Assembly: GCF_001194135.2 (NCBI RefSeq)
Contig: NC_068984.1
Location: forward strand, 144,423,821-144,487,820
Source: Octopus bimaculoides
Lineage: Eukaryota
DNA length: 64,000 bases
Direction of reading: 5' to 3'
The first letter of the stretch is position 1. Every line of letters begins with the position of its first letter. Shown piece by piece: positions 52,201 to 61,255 of this stretch. A program made the position numbers and the translations under genes. Under the pieces are notes generated by a model, which had not been told where the DNA came from, did not search any database, and was given only the letters and a program-made list of their open reading frames with translations.

Positions 52201-55200
52201 TTGCCCAAAATGTCCTACAATGGAACTGAATCCCAAATCATGAGGTTGGGAAGCAAACCTGTTAACTAAATAAAGTGTTGAGTTTGAAGATTTTGAACCT
52301 AAAAGATAGGATAATGAAAGAATGTACTGTACTGCAGACCTATCCAACCCATGCTACCAGTATGATGGCAGCAGCAGCAGCAGCAGCAGTGGTGGTGGTG
52401 GTGATGACCAATTAAATTATATGACCATGCTTGCATAATCACCTCTGACTTCCAGGTTTGGTATCATCCAGTAGACCTGCACTTTTGAAGATGAGTGGAA
52501 TGAAAACTCTCTTATTTAAAGAATGGGTGAGGGTTGGTGATAAGAAAGGCATCTGGCTGGAAAACCATGTTCCACTAATAGGTGTTCATCTAACTCATGC
52601 CATTATGGAAATATGGAAGTTAAACAAAAAGAAAGCATGGTGGCTGTCTTTTTGTCAGTTTACTTCCTGAGATGGTTTTATTTCAAAGAATGAATTATTG
52701 AGATTTTGTCAAGGAATTTAGACATATTCCACGTGACCATTTTTTGTTTGGCAGTAGATGTCAGGAGGTGTTGAGTGTTCAACCTTGTGGTTATTTTGGT
52801 CCCTTTATTATCTCAGTGTAAATTTCACCAAATTCAACTTTTAATTCAATCTTCTAAGACTGATAAACTAAGTGCCAGTCAGAATATCAGAGGTGATATA
52901 ATTGACTCCACTCTTGAAGGTGGTTCTCTGATTCCTGGCCAATATCCAAAGACTGAAACCGGTGAAGCCAGTAAAAGAGATTTATTGTTTGTAACCCAAA
53001 GACTGAAAATGGAAAATATTGGAGTCTGTTAGAGAACACAACACCACAAGTCTAGCACAGTTAAACACTGGAGCACTGTGTCTCTACAACCACCACCACT
53101 ACTACAACTGTTACTACTGCTGTTACAACCACATCCTGGGTAGATGGAAATAGAACAACTAAAATGGTTTGGGTATCCAAGTTGGCATGAAAGTACTGGA
53201 AGAACAACAAAAAAGATAAATAAAATAAAATAAAACCAGAAACGCCTTCATGTTGGTTGTCTGTCTGAAGGAAAAAATAGTTTCGAGAATGAAATAGGAA
53301 CAAAATGAAGAACACAGCAAGATTTAATTGTATTTTCTCAATGTCAGAAGAAAGAAGAGAAACAAAAAAAAAAGTGAGTAGTCCAATATATGAGTAGTTA
53401 TAGCTGTTGTTGTTGTTGCTTTGATGTCAAGGAAGACAATAAAAGCCCCAGCAACAGCTTGGATTGGTAGAAACAAGTTCGTCCACATTTAGCAGACGGT
53501 TTCACAGCCAAACAACTAATAACTGTTTTGAAGAGAGAAGGAAACAACAGTCTGGCAATGTTACTAACTCCATGAGGCACCAGATTAGAAGGACTCCATT
53601 ATTCCAACCAAAAGGAAGAACTAACATGGTGGTAGGGAAATACTGAGGTCTAAGAGTAAGGAACTGAACAGACTGAAAATAGTTTTCTCCATAGTGGTGT
53701 AGTTATAGGAAGGGAAAACCTCCTGGATATGTGAAATGTAAATTTAATTCTGGCAGGATTAGAACTCAGAACATAAAGGAAAAAATCTAACTACTAAAAG
53801 GTATTTGAACCGACACAACTATTCCTGTCACACCAGCTGGTCTCTGATAAAGAATATGCTGTAGAAATCAAAAACAGAACCCCTGATTTGGTTTGGAATT
53901 TTGTTAAAAACAAGACCCAACATGCTGGTTAATACTGATGCTGTCATATTATGGGGACAAATTTCAAACTAAGTTAGATGGGGACAACATCCCCATTAGG
54001 TCCCAGAAGAAATGTTGAGACAAGTGGTAGCATGCTGTGTGACATACCTATCCAGAGCCTTCCAGTATAGAAAAAGAGGTGTGATGATAATGATGGTGGT
54101 AGGGGATGATGATGGTAGGGGATGATGGTGGTAGGGGATGATGGTGATAATGGTATATGCCCTGACTGGGAGTAGCTACGGTTTTATATCAAATTTAAGC
54201 TATAAACCAACATGTTAAAATATTGTGTCTGAACATGAAAGAAATATAAATGTGCTGATTTGGTAATTTTTCAGATGAAATTTGTGAATTTATTCTGTTT
54301 CAAGATTTCACATTTGGCACCGAATAAATGGTTGACAATGTCTACTTAGCCTGGCGCTCACCCACCAAGTTGCTCTTGACTAGAGTCAAAGGAAAGGTTT
54401 TGAATGTAGAAAGTGGAGACTTTAGTGCCTTCAGGCTGTCATCTCTTCAGCCCCATGAAAGAGAGTTTGAGAGGCAAACGTTATTCCAGTGACAAGGAAG
54501 TGAAAACTGTAGTGAAGAAGTGGCTCAAAGAACAGTCAACAGAATTTTATGGGGCAGGGATACATGCTCTCATTCGGAGGTGGAACATTGCTATTGAGAG
54601 AAACGGTGACTATGTTGAGAAGTAGGGATGTGATCCACAGAGGACCAGTGTCATTTTGATGTATGATACATGTTCCTGTGTTGGTAATTATACCTGTCCT
54701 AAACAAAATGCCATTACTTTTTGTCTCACCCTCATATATATACCAAAACTGACAGTAGAGCTTGGCACGGTCTTCTCACTTGCTAGCTCCTGTCAAGCCA
54801 TCTAACACATGCCAGCATAGAAAACGGATGTGAAATGACGACGACGATGATAACGATGTATATATGTCGGAATATTATATATAAGTTAAATATAAATACA
54901 CAAATTACCAAGAAACAGACACAGAGGGTCACCAAATCTTCATCGGTTATCAGCCAGAAGGTCAAATAAATGTGAAATTGCATTTGACCCTCTGGCCAAT
55001 AACTGATGAAGATTTGGTGACCTTCTCTGTCTGTTTTCCATAAGTCTGTGCGTTTATTATGTGTTTTTTAACTTATTATTTAATGGCACACCACATACTC
55101 TTATTTTGTTTACAATGTTTATATATATATATATATAAATAAACTCCCACACACACATACCCATATATATATATATATATATAAAATGGAAAGATTAGAA

Positions 55201-57717
55201 GAAGTAAATTTCTATGGAGTAGTTTTTAAATTACAATCAAATGTTCTTTGGAAACTCTTATTTGCACAAATAACAGTAAATTTTAAAAACCACAAAATTC
55301 TCGATGACAGATTAAGTTACCATTTTTGTAGACAAATAAGAACCACTCCTTTGCTGTAAGACGCTGAAAGTTTCCTGATATGGTGCAATCTCATATCAAA
55401 AGATCCTGTTTAATGTCCCAGAGGACCTTTATGATAGAAAAAGAACTAATGAAGGTCATAAGAAACTGATAGAGGGGGGTACTTCTCAAAGTCATTCTAA
55501 CATCTGGTAATGACACAGCATAGAGCTTCCGGAAGAGGTTTCATAACCCCAGAACCTGCCTCAAGTTATCACAGTATTAACCAAAGATCTGATTAATTCT
55601 CCATGTATGGCCCTTTTTGATTTGGAATCAATTTAAAGCTTGGAATTTTCTCCCTTGCATTTCCTGCCAAGAAATCTCATTAACGCTAATGACAGTCTTC
55701 CTATAATTACTGTAATTTCAACTTATGAACAATTAGTAGACAGGCTGTGATACTGCTTCCCTCCTGTACCAGAGACAGCTGTGTGATTAAGAAACATGTT
55801 TTGCAGCCACACGATCCTGGGTTCAGTTCTACTGCGTGACATCAACAATTTGGATGATAGGGGTGGAGATGGTGATGGAGACAGTGATGATGATAACAAT
55901 GATGATAACGATGGTGATGAAATGAACATTAAGCTAAAACAGTATCATTGAGAATGTCTCAAATCTCCCCTTGCACAGTAATAGTATTTTGGGACGGATT
56001 CCCGTTATTACTTACACAGACCAGACCAGACATAAATAGACACAACTGCTATATGTATGCACACACACACACACATTAAAGAGACACTTGGTAGTGTACT
56101 GCAAATACTTTGTTACATTGCAGCTAATTGCTTAGAGAAAACTTTGAGTAGGGACACGGAAACGTGTGTGTGTGTGAGTGAGAGAGAGAGGGGTGAACAT
56201 AGTACTTAAGATAACCTTTTCTATTGAACACAGAAAAGACAATAACCAAAAAAAAAGAAAAAAGAGAAAAAAAAGTGAATATTTCCAAGTTTCCAAGAGA
56301 AGCTCACCGAAGACAAATAATTGATTTTCTGGAATAATGGAGCTGGTTTGGTTACAAAAAGGCCAGTTGATTGTTGTTTTAATAGGAAAGTTTATGGTAG
56401 AAATAGATTTTTAACAACGCCACCGACATTTACAATAACAATGACAAAAGTAATGACGTCTACAACAACAACAACAACAAAAATAACCTACAGAAAAGTG
56501 TCTAAGCTGGTTTATGATACATNNNNNNNNNNNNNNNNNNNNNNNNNNNNNNNNNNNNNNNNNNNNNNNNNNNNNNNNNNNNNNNNNNNNNNNNNNNNNN
56601 NNNNNNNNNNNNNNNNNNNNNNNNNNNNNNNNNNNNNNNNNNNNNNNNNNNNNNNNNNNNNNNNNNNNNNNNNNNNNNNNNNNNNNNNNNNNNNNNNNNN
56701 NNNNNNNNNNNNNNNNNNNNNNNNNNNNNNNNNNNNNNNNNNNNNNNNNNNNNNNNNNNNNNNNNNNNNNNNNNNNNNNNNNNNNNNNNNNNNNNNNNNN
56801 NNNNNNNNNNNNNNNNNNNNNNNNNNNNNNNNNNNNNNNNNNNNNNNNNNNNNNNNNNNNNNNNNNNNNNNNNNNNNNNNNNNNNNNNNNNNNNNNNNNN
56901 NNNNNNNNNNNNNNTATATATATATATATATATGTATGTATATGCATGTGTGTGTGTATGTTTGTGTGCCTGTGTTTGTCCCCATCATCGCTTCACAACC
57001 GATGCTGGTGTGTTTATGTCCTTGTAACTTAACGGTTCAGCAAAATAGACTGATAGAATAAGTTATAGGCTTATAAAGAATAAATGGAAGCCAGTCAGTG
57101 GGTACTGGCATTGGCCATATTCGGATAGTGCTTTTTACGTGCCACGGCACGGGGAGCCAGTCAGGGGCCACGTTCGGATGGTGCTTTTTATGTGCCACCA
57201 GCATGGGAGCCAGTCAGGTGGACCCGGCATCGATCACATTCAAATAGTGCTTTTTACATGCCACCAGCACAAGAGCTAGTCAGGAGGTACTGGCATCGGC
57301 CATGTTCGGATGGTGCTTTTTACATGCCACCAGCACGGGAGCCAGTCAGGCGGACCTGGTATATATGTATATACATATATATATGAGAGAGAAAGAGAGA
57401 TTATAATATATTGAGTCCGATTGACAAAAGCACCTACCCTTTGCTCATACATATCAAGAGAAAGCGAGTAAGACTTCAGGTTGTAATGTGGTGAGAGTGG
57501 TGGTGGTGGCGGTAGAGCAATCTTTGCAAAGTGGTAAATACAAGTATGGCAAACAGATGAAAGTTTATCAACAGAAGAAAATTAAATTCTACAGCAAGAG
57601 AGAATAGTTGAAGCGAAAAAGAGAAAGCAAAGGGCACTGACCTTTCCGATACATTGTTTAAGTATGCTCCATATACTGAAGTCATTGCGTGAGAACATTG
57701 GTTTTGGAAGACTAGTT
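1842..57717 (-). CDS. OSBPL1A: Oxysterol-binding protein-related protein, ORP1/ORP2 subfamily (ORD domain), partial multi-exon gene
   Basis: Spliced exons read [46 protein letters not shown]...-KPFNCLLGETF-...EQVSHHPP...KFWGKSVE...-HNVIVGKLWVEH-[gap]-...GSWVQALY...-LLWKAFPRP...-FTLYAMMLNE...PPTDSRLRPDIR-...EKNRLEEKQR. This includes the OSBP signature EQVSHHPP and follows the order of ORP1/ORP2 as I recall it. Splice phases match between consecutive exons. ORP1 versus ORP2 orthology cannot be resolved here. Confidence 0.93.
3800..3923 (-). CDS. OSBPL1A: ORP1/2 exon FFSFTLYAMMLNELTDNLKDRLPPTDSRLRPDIRLLEQGDI
   Basis: 124 nt; acceptor tttcag, donor G|GTAAGT; phase 0 to 1; LNE...LPPTDSRLRPD motif. 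Confidence 0.95.
4569..5008 (+). mobile_element. piggyBac-type MITE (~220 bp) with a second copy nested at its internal TTAA
   Basis: CCCTTTTGATACC...GGTAACAGAAGGG termini flanked by TTAA (4565-4568, 5009-5012). TTAA target duplication with CCC/GGG ends is the piggyBac hallmark. Confidence 0.8.
4696..4910 (-). mobile_element. Inner full-length copy of the same MITE, reverse orientation
   Basis: Reverse complement of the rejoined outer element; TTAA on both sides (4692-4695, 4911-4914). Confidence 0.8.
5171..5424 (-). mobile_element. tRNA-headed SINE-like element with a 3' minimal hammerhead motif (putative Penelope-dependent non-autonomous element)
   Basis: Minus strand: box A-like TGGTGTAGTGG, box B-like GAGTTCGATTAC, (AAT)n linker, then GACAC-CTGATGA-A-GGCTG-loop-CAGCT-GAAA-TG-TT-GTGTT, then a (TGTAAATAA)2 tail. 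An inverted copy of the 3' 86 nt lies at 5426-5511. Confidence 0.7.
5224..5269 (-). ncRNA. Minimal type I hammerhead ribozyme motif, core intact, two likely CpG-decay changes
   Basis: CUGAUGA and GAAA core boxes; stem I GACAC/GUGUU; stem II GGCUG/CAGCU; stem III AUGU (ACGU expected); NUH triplet GUU. Activity untested. Confidence 0.65.
5435..5480 (+). ncRNA. Degenerate inverted copy of the hammerhead motif (probably dead)
   Basis: GACAC-CTGATGA-A-AGCTA-GAGGGTATAT-CAGTT-AAAA-TG-TA-GTGTT; GAAA box changed to AAAA and stem II weakened. Confidence 0.55.
5754..5915 (-). CDS. OSBPL1A: ORP1/2 exon NGISSEEAGVSGGAAAAAISDTDDIPGVLPNADPGIPGQVLLWKAFPRPETTNQ
   Basis: 162 nt; acceptor ttctctcag, donor CAG|GTATGA; phase 0 to 0; ends in the IPG..LLW...PRP motif. 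Confidence 0.9.
5965..6215. repeat. Degenerate ~25-bp minisatellite (TGTTGTGACAC.GACATGTAACA.C)
   Basis: About 8-9 recurrences of TGTGAC/ACATG/TAACA motifs. Confidence 0.65.
7021..7345. repeat. 20-bp minisatellite TTGAGCAGGATTTGGCAGGG, decaying rightwards
   Basis: Six near-perfect units at 7021-7140, then degenerate TTGAGCA/GTGAGA units. Confidence 0.9.
8987..9119 (-). CDS. OSBPL1A: ORP1/2 exon KTKVKALLGSWVQALYAVDVSTYEQFLKTQKFDSSADNPTVLSR
   Basis: 133 nt; acceptor ttttgcag, donor AGG|GTAAGG; phase 2 to 0; matches the L.G.W...LY.VD..T segment of ORP1/2. Confidence 0.9.
9331..9540. mobile_element. Older related TTAA MITE copy, preceded by a fragment of another copy
   Basis: Bounded by TTAA at 9327-9330 and 9541-9544; shares blocks such as AAATAA.AAAGAATTT and TTAAGCT.GTGTT with the 4.6-5.0 kb family. 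Confidence 0.55.
10620..10854. repeat. (GA)n microsatellite spanning an N-gap
   Basis: Pure AG dinucleotide run. Many other (TA)n, (CA)n, (GA)n, (CAT)n, (ATT)n and (GTT)n tracts occur throughout the window. Confidence 0.95.
11471..11754. other. Assembly gap (one of 16); candidate location of the missing ORP exon
   Basis: N runs at 2901-3143, 10696-10774, 11471-11754, 18580-18710, 24448-24571, 25977-26114, 28470-29343, 33157-33273, 37486-38219, 39622-39666, 43641-44491, 46386-46447, 48391-49096, 56523-56914, 59351-60092, 60964-61212; mostly flanked by microsatellites or G/C runs. Confidence 0.9.
11950..13255 (-). mobile_element. Decayed CR1/Jockey-like LINE RT C-terminal region, interrupted by a SINE at ~12525-12685
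   Basis: Frame-broken peptides WGSHSNNIAKTTSQRLG, PYKGQV and FSLILFCHYYNNPC resemble W..HI..IAK.AS.RLG / LYKAQV / SLSLFY.YY.G.C of CR1-like RTs (recalled consensus). Confidence 0.55.
14210..14288 (-). CDS. OSBPL1A: ORP1/2 exon FGEVYTWSNVNCCVHNVIVGKLWVEH
   Basis: 79 nt; acceptor ttccag, donor CAT|GTGAGT; phase 2 to 0; YTW...CCVHN.IVGKLW.E motif. Confidence 0.95.
16912..17088 (-). CDS. OSBPL1A: ORP1/2 exon with OSBP signature, NDLGFRLISEQVSHHPPISAFH...KFWGKSVEVNPKGVITLELT(K)
   Basis: 177 nt; acceptor ttccag, donor AA|GTAACC; phase 2 to 2; EQVSHHPP fingerprint. Confidence 0.97.
20654..20751 (-). CDS. OSBPL1A: ORP1/2 exon YVCAFAVSSMSSNWDRLGKPFNCLLGETFELQ(R)
   Basis: 98 nt; acceptor ttgcag, donor AG|GTAAGA; phase 0 to 2; KPFN.LLGET motif. 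Confidence 0.95.
21410..21710 (+). mobile_element. RTE-clade LINE 3' fragment
   Basis: ORF 21414-21599 RRLRWYGHVLWMDEESCVKK...GRPKKTWDEVVKHDLRTLGL matches the RTE RT C-terminal RLRW.GHV...GRP..TW motif; 5'-truncated. Confidence 0.85.
26860..27143 (-). mobile_element. SINE family D (tRNA-like head GAAGGCACATGGCTCAGTGGTTAG)
   Basis: Box A TGGCTCAGTGG on the minus strand; related copies at about 25820-25947 and 44815-45035. Confidence 0.75.
29555..29870. repeat. Degenerate ~18-20-bp minisatellite (AGAGAATGGTTGGTTTAT)
   Basis: Repeated GAGAATGGTTGGTT-type units. Confidence 0.65.
30108..30242 (-). CDS. OSBPL1A: ORP1/2 exon [45 protein letters not shown]
   Basis: 135 nt; acceptor tttttcag, donor CAG|GTAGGT; phase 0 to 0; conserved MPV.FNEPLS.LQR motif. 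Not in the ORF track. Confidence 0.95.
36760..37115 (+). repeat. ~180-bp tandem duplication of dispersed family G (TCAACYTGCTAGAAATA...CATTAGATAATGTAGTC...AGATGGTCACTTATGGA)
   Basis: Two diverged adjacent copies; fragments also at about 8090-8170, 16400-16560, 22600-22680, 25660-25790, 40130-40260. Confidence 0.65.
38550..38740 (+). mobile_element. SINE family C (core GAGTTCAAATTCC...GCCTTT.ATCCTT...AATTAAGTACCAG, tail ATT repeats)
   Basis: Box B-like GAGTTCAAATTCC. Related copies at about 4125-4290, 12525-12685, 35030-35255, 37150-37375, 50810-51260 (two), 62140-62810 (three) on the minus strand, and 63487-63680 on the plus strand. Confidence 0.8.
41830..42200 (+). mobile_element. SINE family B, most complete copy (tRNA-like head, CCTTRGGCAAGTG core, GAAACAAGTAAAAG tail)
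   Basis: Box A/B-like head (GGCTGTGTAGTAAG...GGTTCAGTCCC). Related copies at about 9563-9690(-), 23380-23520, 28228-28470, 30498-30880, 41460-41595(-), 49262-49390(-), 50025-50270, 52170-52265(-), 56940-57080, 61250-61720(-). Confidence 0.8.
43060..43480. repeat. Degenerate ~22-bp purine-rich minisatellite (GAGACAGTGTAGAGTCACAGGGG)
   Basis: Many ACAG..TAGAGTCA variants. Confidence 0.6.
45080..45330 (-). mobile_element. Decayed RTE-like LINE 3' fragment
   Basis: Minus strand contains GGATGCTGTGGTAGAGGTAAGA...GATCTTCGGATGTTGGATGTCACAGAG, similar to the 21.4-21.6 kb segment; frames are broken. Confidence 0.45.
51642..51868. mobile_element. Diverged TTAA MITE copy
   Basis: TTAA on the left and GGTATCAAAAGGG+TCAA on the right; internal similarity to 9331-9540. 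Confidence 0.6.
54200..54736 (+). mobile_element. Internally deleted mariner transposon relic (transposase C-terminus plus right TIR)
   Basis: ORF 54413-54625 LVPSGCHLFSPMKESLRGKRYSSDKEVKTVVKKWL...GIHALIRRWNIAIERNGDYVEK resembles the mariner tail (DLAPSD.HLF...L.G...W...I...GDY.E). Terminal CCATTACTTTTTGTCTCACCCTCA+TA. Left boundary approximate. Confidence 0.85.
57085..57360. repeat. Tandem ~55-65 bp internal unit of family A (4-5 copies)
   Basis: Repeats of TTCGGATGGTGCTTTT.AC.TGCCACCAGCACGGGAGCCAGTCAGG. Confidence 0.75.
57642..57717 (-). CDS. OSBPL1A: ORP1/2 exon (R)[25 protein letters not shown]
   Basis: 76 nt; acceptor ttgcag, donor AAG|GTCAGT; phase 2 to 0; start of the ORD lid region. 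Confidence 0.93.
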
Positions 57718-58699
57718 CTGCAAAGAGAAGAAAGATTATTAAAAACGGTTGGCATTGAGATTTCGAAATCACTGGATAAAATAAGAGAGTCATTGTTGGA
57801 AGGTTGGTTGAATTTGATCATGATATATTACTGGTACTTATTTAAGTAAACCTCACAAAATGAAAGGGAAAGCTGATGCTGTATATTTTAGGCTGAGAAC
57901 TTTACATGCCACTGGCACAGGACCAGCCATCCGGCACTGACATTGACCATGCTCGCTCGTATGGCGCTTTTTATGTACCACCAGCACAGGAGCCAGTCAG
58001 GTGGCACTGGCAATGATCACGCTTGAATGGTGCTTTTTAAATGCCACCGGCACATATAGCACTTATTTCTAATAACAGTCTGTCCATCTCTCAGTCACTT
58101 CCAATATAGAATTCCAAACATGAAATTTAATTCTTAAGTCTAATCAAAACCATGCAAAAGTATAAAGATAGACATTCCATCCATTTGTATATAAATCCAG
58201 CCAGCTGATCATTTCCATCTCTCCAGTCCATCCAGGAGCCATATTTGACAACATATTCAACAAACCCCAATTCCAACCAATCAGACCAGACAGATCCTTC
58301 CTCCACAGGCTGTGTGTGTGTGTGGAGGGGGTGATCTGCACTTTTAAATTTGTATAAAACAATAATAAACAGACAACCTACAATAAATCAACGTGAGTTC
58401 AGGTGTGTGTGTCTGCATATGTGTATGCTCCCCACTTGTGTGTGTGTGAGAGTCCCTTAGAGTGGTTAATTAGAAGCAATGCCAACAAGGGAACAGAAAC
58501 AGGTTTGTTCGTTAGAGTAGATACAAGTGAAGAATGATGAGAGCCAAGTTAGTTAGACTAACAGACAGACAGGTGGGCAATTAGGAATAAAAGATGTTGG
58601 ATGAGGAAATAAGAGTGACAGCAATAGTAAGAGAAAGAATGGCGAATAGCATTGGAAGTATCTGATGATGATGATGATGATGAGAGGGGGTGGGGGAGA

Positions 58700-58736
<37 letters not shown>

Positions 58737-60497
58737 GAGAATTTGGTTGTGTGAAGTAATCAGAAATACCGTTTTGATGCCAATCCAACCTGATCAATGG
58801 AATTACCATGTCTTTAATAGATCATTTATTCCTCATCAAAAGTATTACCAAGTCTTTAACACATAATTTATTCCTCCTCAATGGTACAGTCAGGTCTTCA
58901 ATAAATCATTTTATCCCCTCCTCCCCCACTAAATAATTTAGAAACACTTCCAGACAACTTTCTCTTACATATATGTAAGATAGAATATGGATTTTAAACA
59001 TGGGCACAAGGTCTTGAATTTGAGTGGGTGGGGGGAAGGGTTAGTTTGAATTAACTAGATTGAATTTTACCCACCTGTACCCACTACCCTCACACTGAAC
59101 TTCACTGGTACATAATCTGTTGCCCCCACCACCACCACCACTACCATCACAGAAGAATGAAAAGAAAAGTGAAGTTGGCTACATCAAGATTTGAACCCCA
59201 AATGTAAAGCTGTGGAGATGAATAGCAAATGACATTTTGTCCTTTGCTCAAATGATTTTTTGGCACAATCCACCCCCACCTCGTATATGTGTAAGGCAGT
59301 AATATGTCTACAAAACCATGTATACACACACACACACATATATATATATANNNNNNNNNNNNNNNNNNNNNNNNNNNNNNNNNNNNNNNNNNNNNNNNNN
59401 NNNNNNNNNNNNNNNNNNNNNNNNNNNNNNNNNNNNNNNNNNNNNNNNNNNNNNNNNNNNNNNNNNNNNNNNNNNNNNNNNNNNNNNNNNNNNNNNNNNN
59501 NNNNNNNNNNNNNNNNNNNNNNNNNNNNNNNNNNNNNNNNNNNNNNNNNNNNNNNNNNNNNNNNNNNNNNNNNNNNNNNNNNNNNNNNNNNNNNNNNNNN
59601 NNNNNNNNNNNNNNNNNNNNNNNNNNNNNNNNNNNNNNNNNNNNNNNNNNNNNNNNNNNNNNNNNNNNNNNNNNNNNNNNNNNNNNNNNNNNNNNNNNNN
59701 NNNNNNNNNNNNNNNNNNNNNNNNNNNNNNNNNNNNNNNNNNNNNNNNNNNNNNNNNNNNNNNNNNNNNNNNNNNNNNNNNNNNNNNNNNNNNNNNNNNN
59801 NNNNNNNNNNNNNNNNNNNNNNNNNNNNNNNNNNNNNNNNNNNNNNNNNNNNNNNNNNNNNNNNNNNNNNNNNNNNNNNNNNNNNNNNNNNNNNNNNNNN
59901 NNNNNNNNNNNNNNNNNNNNNNNNNNNNNNNNNNNNNNNNNNNNNNNNNNNNNNNNNNNNNNNNNNNNNNNNNNNNNNNNNNNNNNNNNNNNNNNNNNNN
60001 NNNNNNNNNNNNNNNNNNNNNNNNNNNNNNNNNNNNNNNNNNNNNNNNNNNNNNNNNNNNNNNNNNNNNNNNNNNNNNNNNNNNNNNNNNNNATTAGATG
60101 CAGTTGGGGTGGGGATGTATTACTAATTGGCAAAGAATACAAGAAGGTGGTTGTGTATGGTATGCTGCATTAGAGAGTTTGAGATGATTGTTGTTATTTA
60201 ACCCAAGTTCGGTACTGATCAAGCAGGCCTAGAATCAAAAGACTTCCAGCCTTGACGAACCTGTCTTTTCAGATCTTTTGTTCATTTTGTTTTTCTCATG
60301 CTAACATGGGTTACAGGAATAGATTATTGGGGTGTCATTCGACAGTTGGACGCTCTTCCTGTCACTAACCTTTACCTGCTTTCAACTAAGGGATATCTTA
60401 TTCCATATACCTCCAAAGTCACAAGGCTAGCAGGCAACATGCTGACAGGGGAAAACGACAGAACAACAACAGCTCCCCCCCCCACTGCTTATACAAA

Positions 60498-60600
60498 TAC
60501 AGTAGTACCTTGCAGTACGAGTGCCCCATTGTACGAGTAACTTGCTATACGAGCCGAGACTCGTGCAAATTTTTGTCTTACAGTATGTAGGAGAGTATTG
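60498..60600 (+). mobile_element. pogo/Tigger-like DNA transposon end
   Basis: TA-CAGTAGTACCTTGCAGTACGAG...TACGAG...TACGAGCC with repeated TACGAG sub-terminal motifs; no matching second end seen. Confidence 0.45.
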
Positions 60601-60872
60601 TAGTTCACTTGAAGCATTGTGTATTGTTTGTAAAATATAATGTATCTTGAATGGCACAATAATGCATTATAATACAAACAATGGACTATAATAACTGTTG
60701 TAATTTAATCATCCAGAGTCTGATATGATATAATATTTCAGAATATAAAACTTCCTTCTTCAGATATCCCTAGGAACTCCCTTGAAATTTACAGAAAAAC
60801 AAAAGACGAAGAAAGGTGAAAAGTAAACAACAAGCAGGTGTATTAGTCTGATGCTCGGGAAGGTGAGAAAGT

Positions 60873-60908
60873 CTTTTATGTTTCGAGCCTATGCTCTTCA
60901 GCAGAAAG
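60873..60908 (-). ncRNA. Second, unrelated minimal hammerhead relic
   Basis: CTTT-CTGCTGA-A-GAGC-ATAG-GCTC-GAAA-CA-TA-AAAG: stem I CTTT/AAAG, perfect 4-bp stem II, GAAA intact. Core position 6 is C instead of A, and stem III is ACAT instead of ACGT. Confidence 0.5.
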
Positions 60909-61212
60909 GAACATGAGGAAATAAACAGAGAAGGAATAAAAAAAAAATCTGGAGTTAACAGTCNNNNNNNNNNNNNNNNNNNNNNNNNNNNNNNNNNNNN
61001 NNNNNNNNNNNNNNNNNNNNNNNNNNNNNNNNNNNNNNNNNNNNNNNNNNNNNNNNNNNNNNNNNNNNNNNNNNNNNNNNNNNNNNNNNNNNNNNNNNNN
61101 NNNNNNNNNNNNNNNNNNNNNNNNNNNNNNNNNNNNNNNNNNNNNNNNNNNNNNNNNNNNNNNNNNNNNNNNNNNNNNNNNNNNNNNNNNNNNNNNNNNN
61201 NNNNNNNNNNNN

Positions 61213-61255
<43 letters not shown>

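Noticed and set aside
54990-55020. CTGATGA in the 54.9-kb hairpin as a third hammerhead
   Set aside because: No stem II/GAAA box follows; other CTGANGA hits checked (for example at about 8200, 33555 and 49440) also lacked the full layout.
58740-58809. QNGISDY as the next upstream ORP exon (compare NGIKKH of ORP1)
   Set aside because: No phase-2 GT donor at the needed position and no further similarity.
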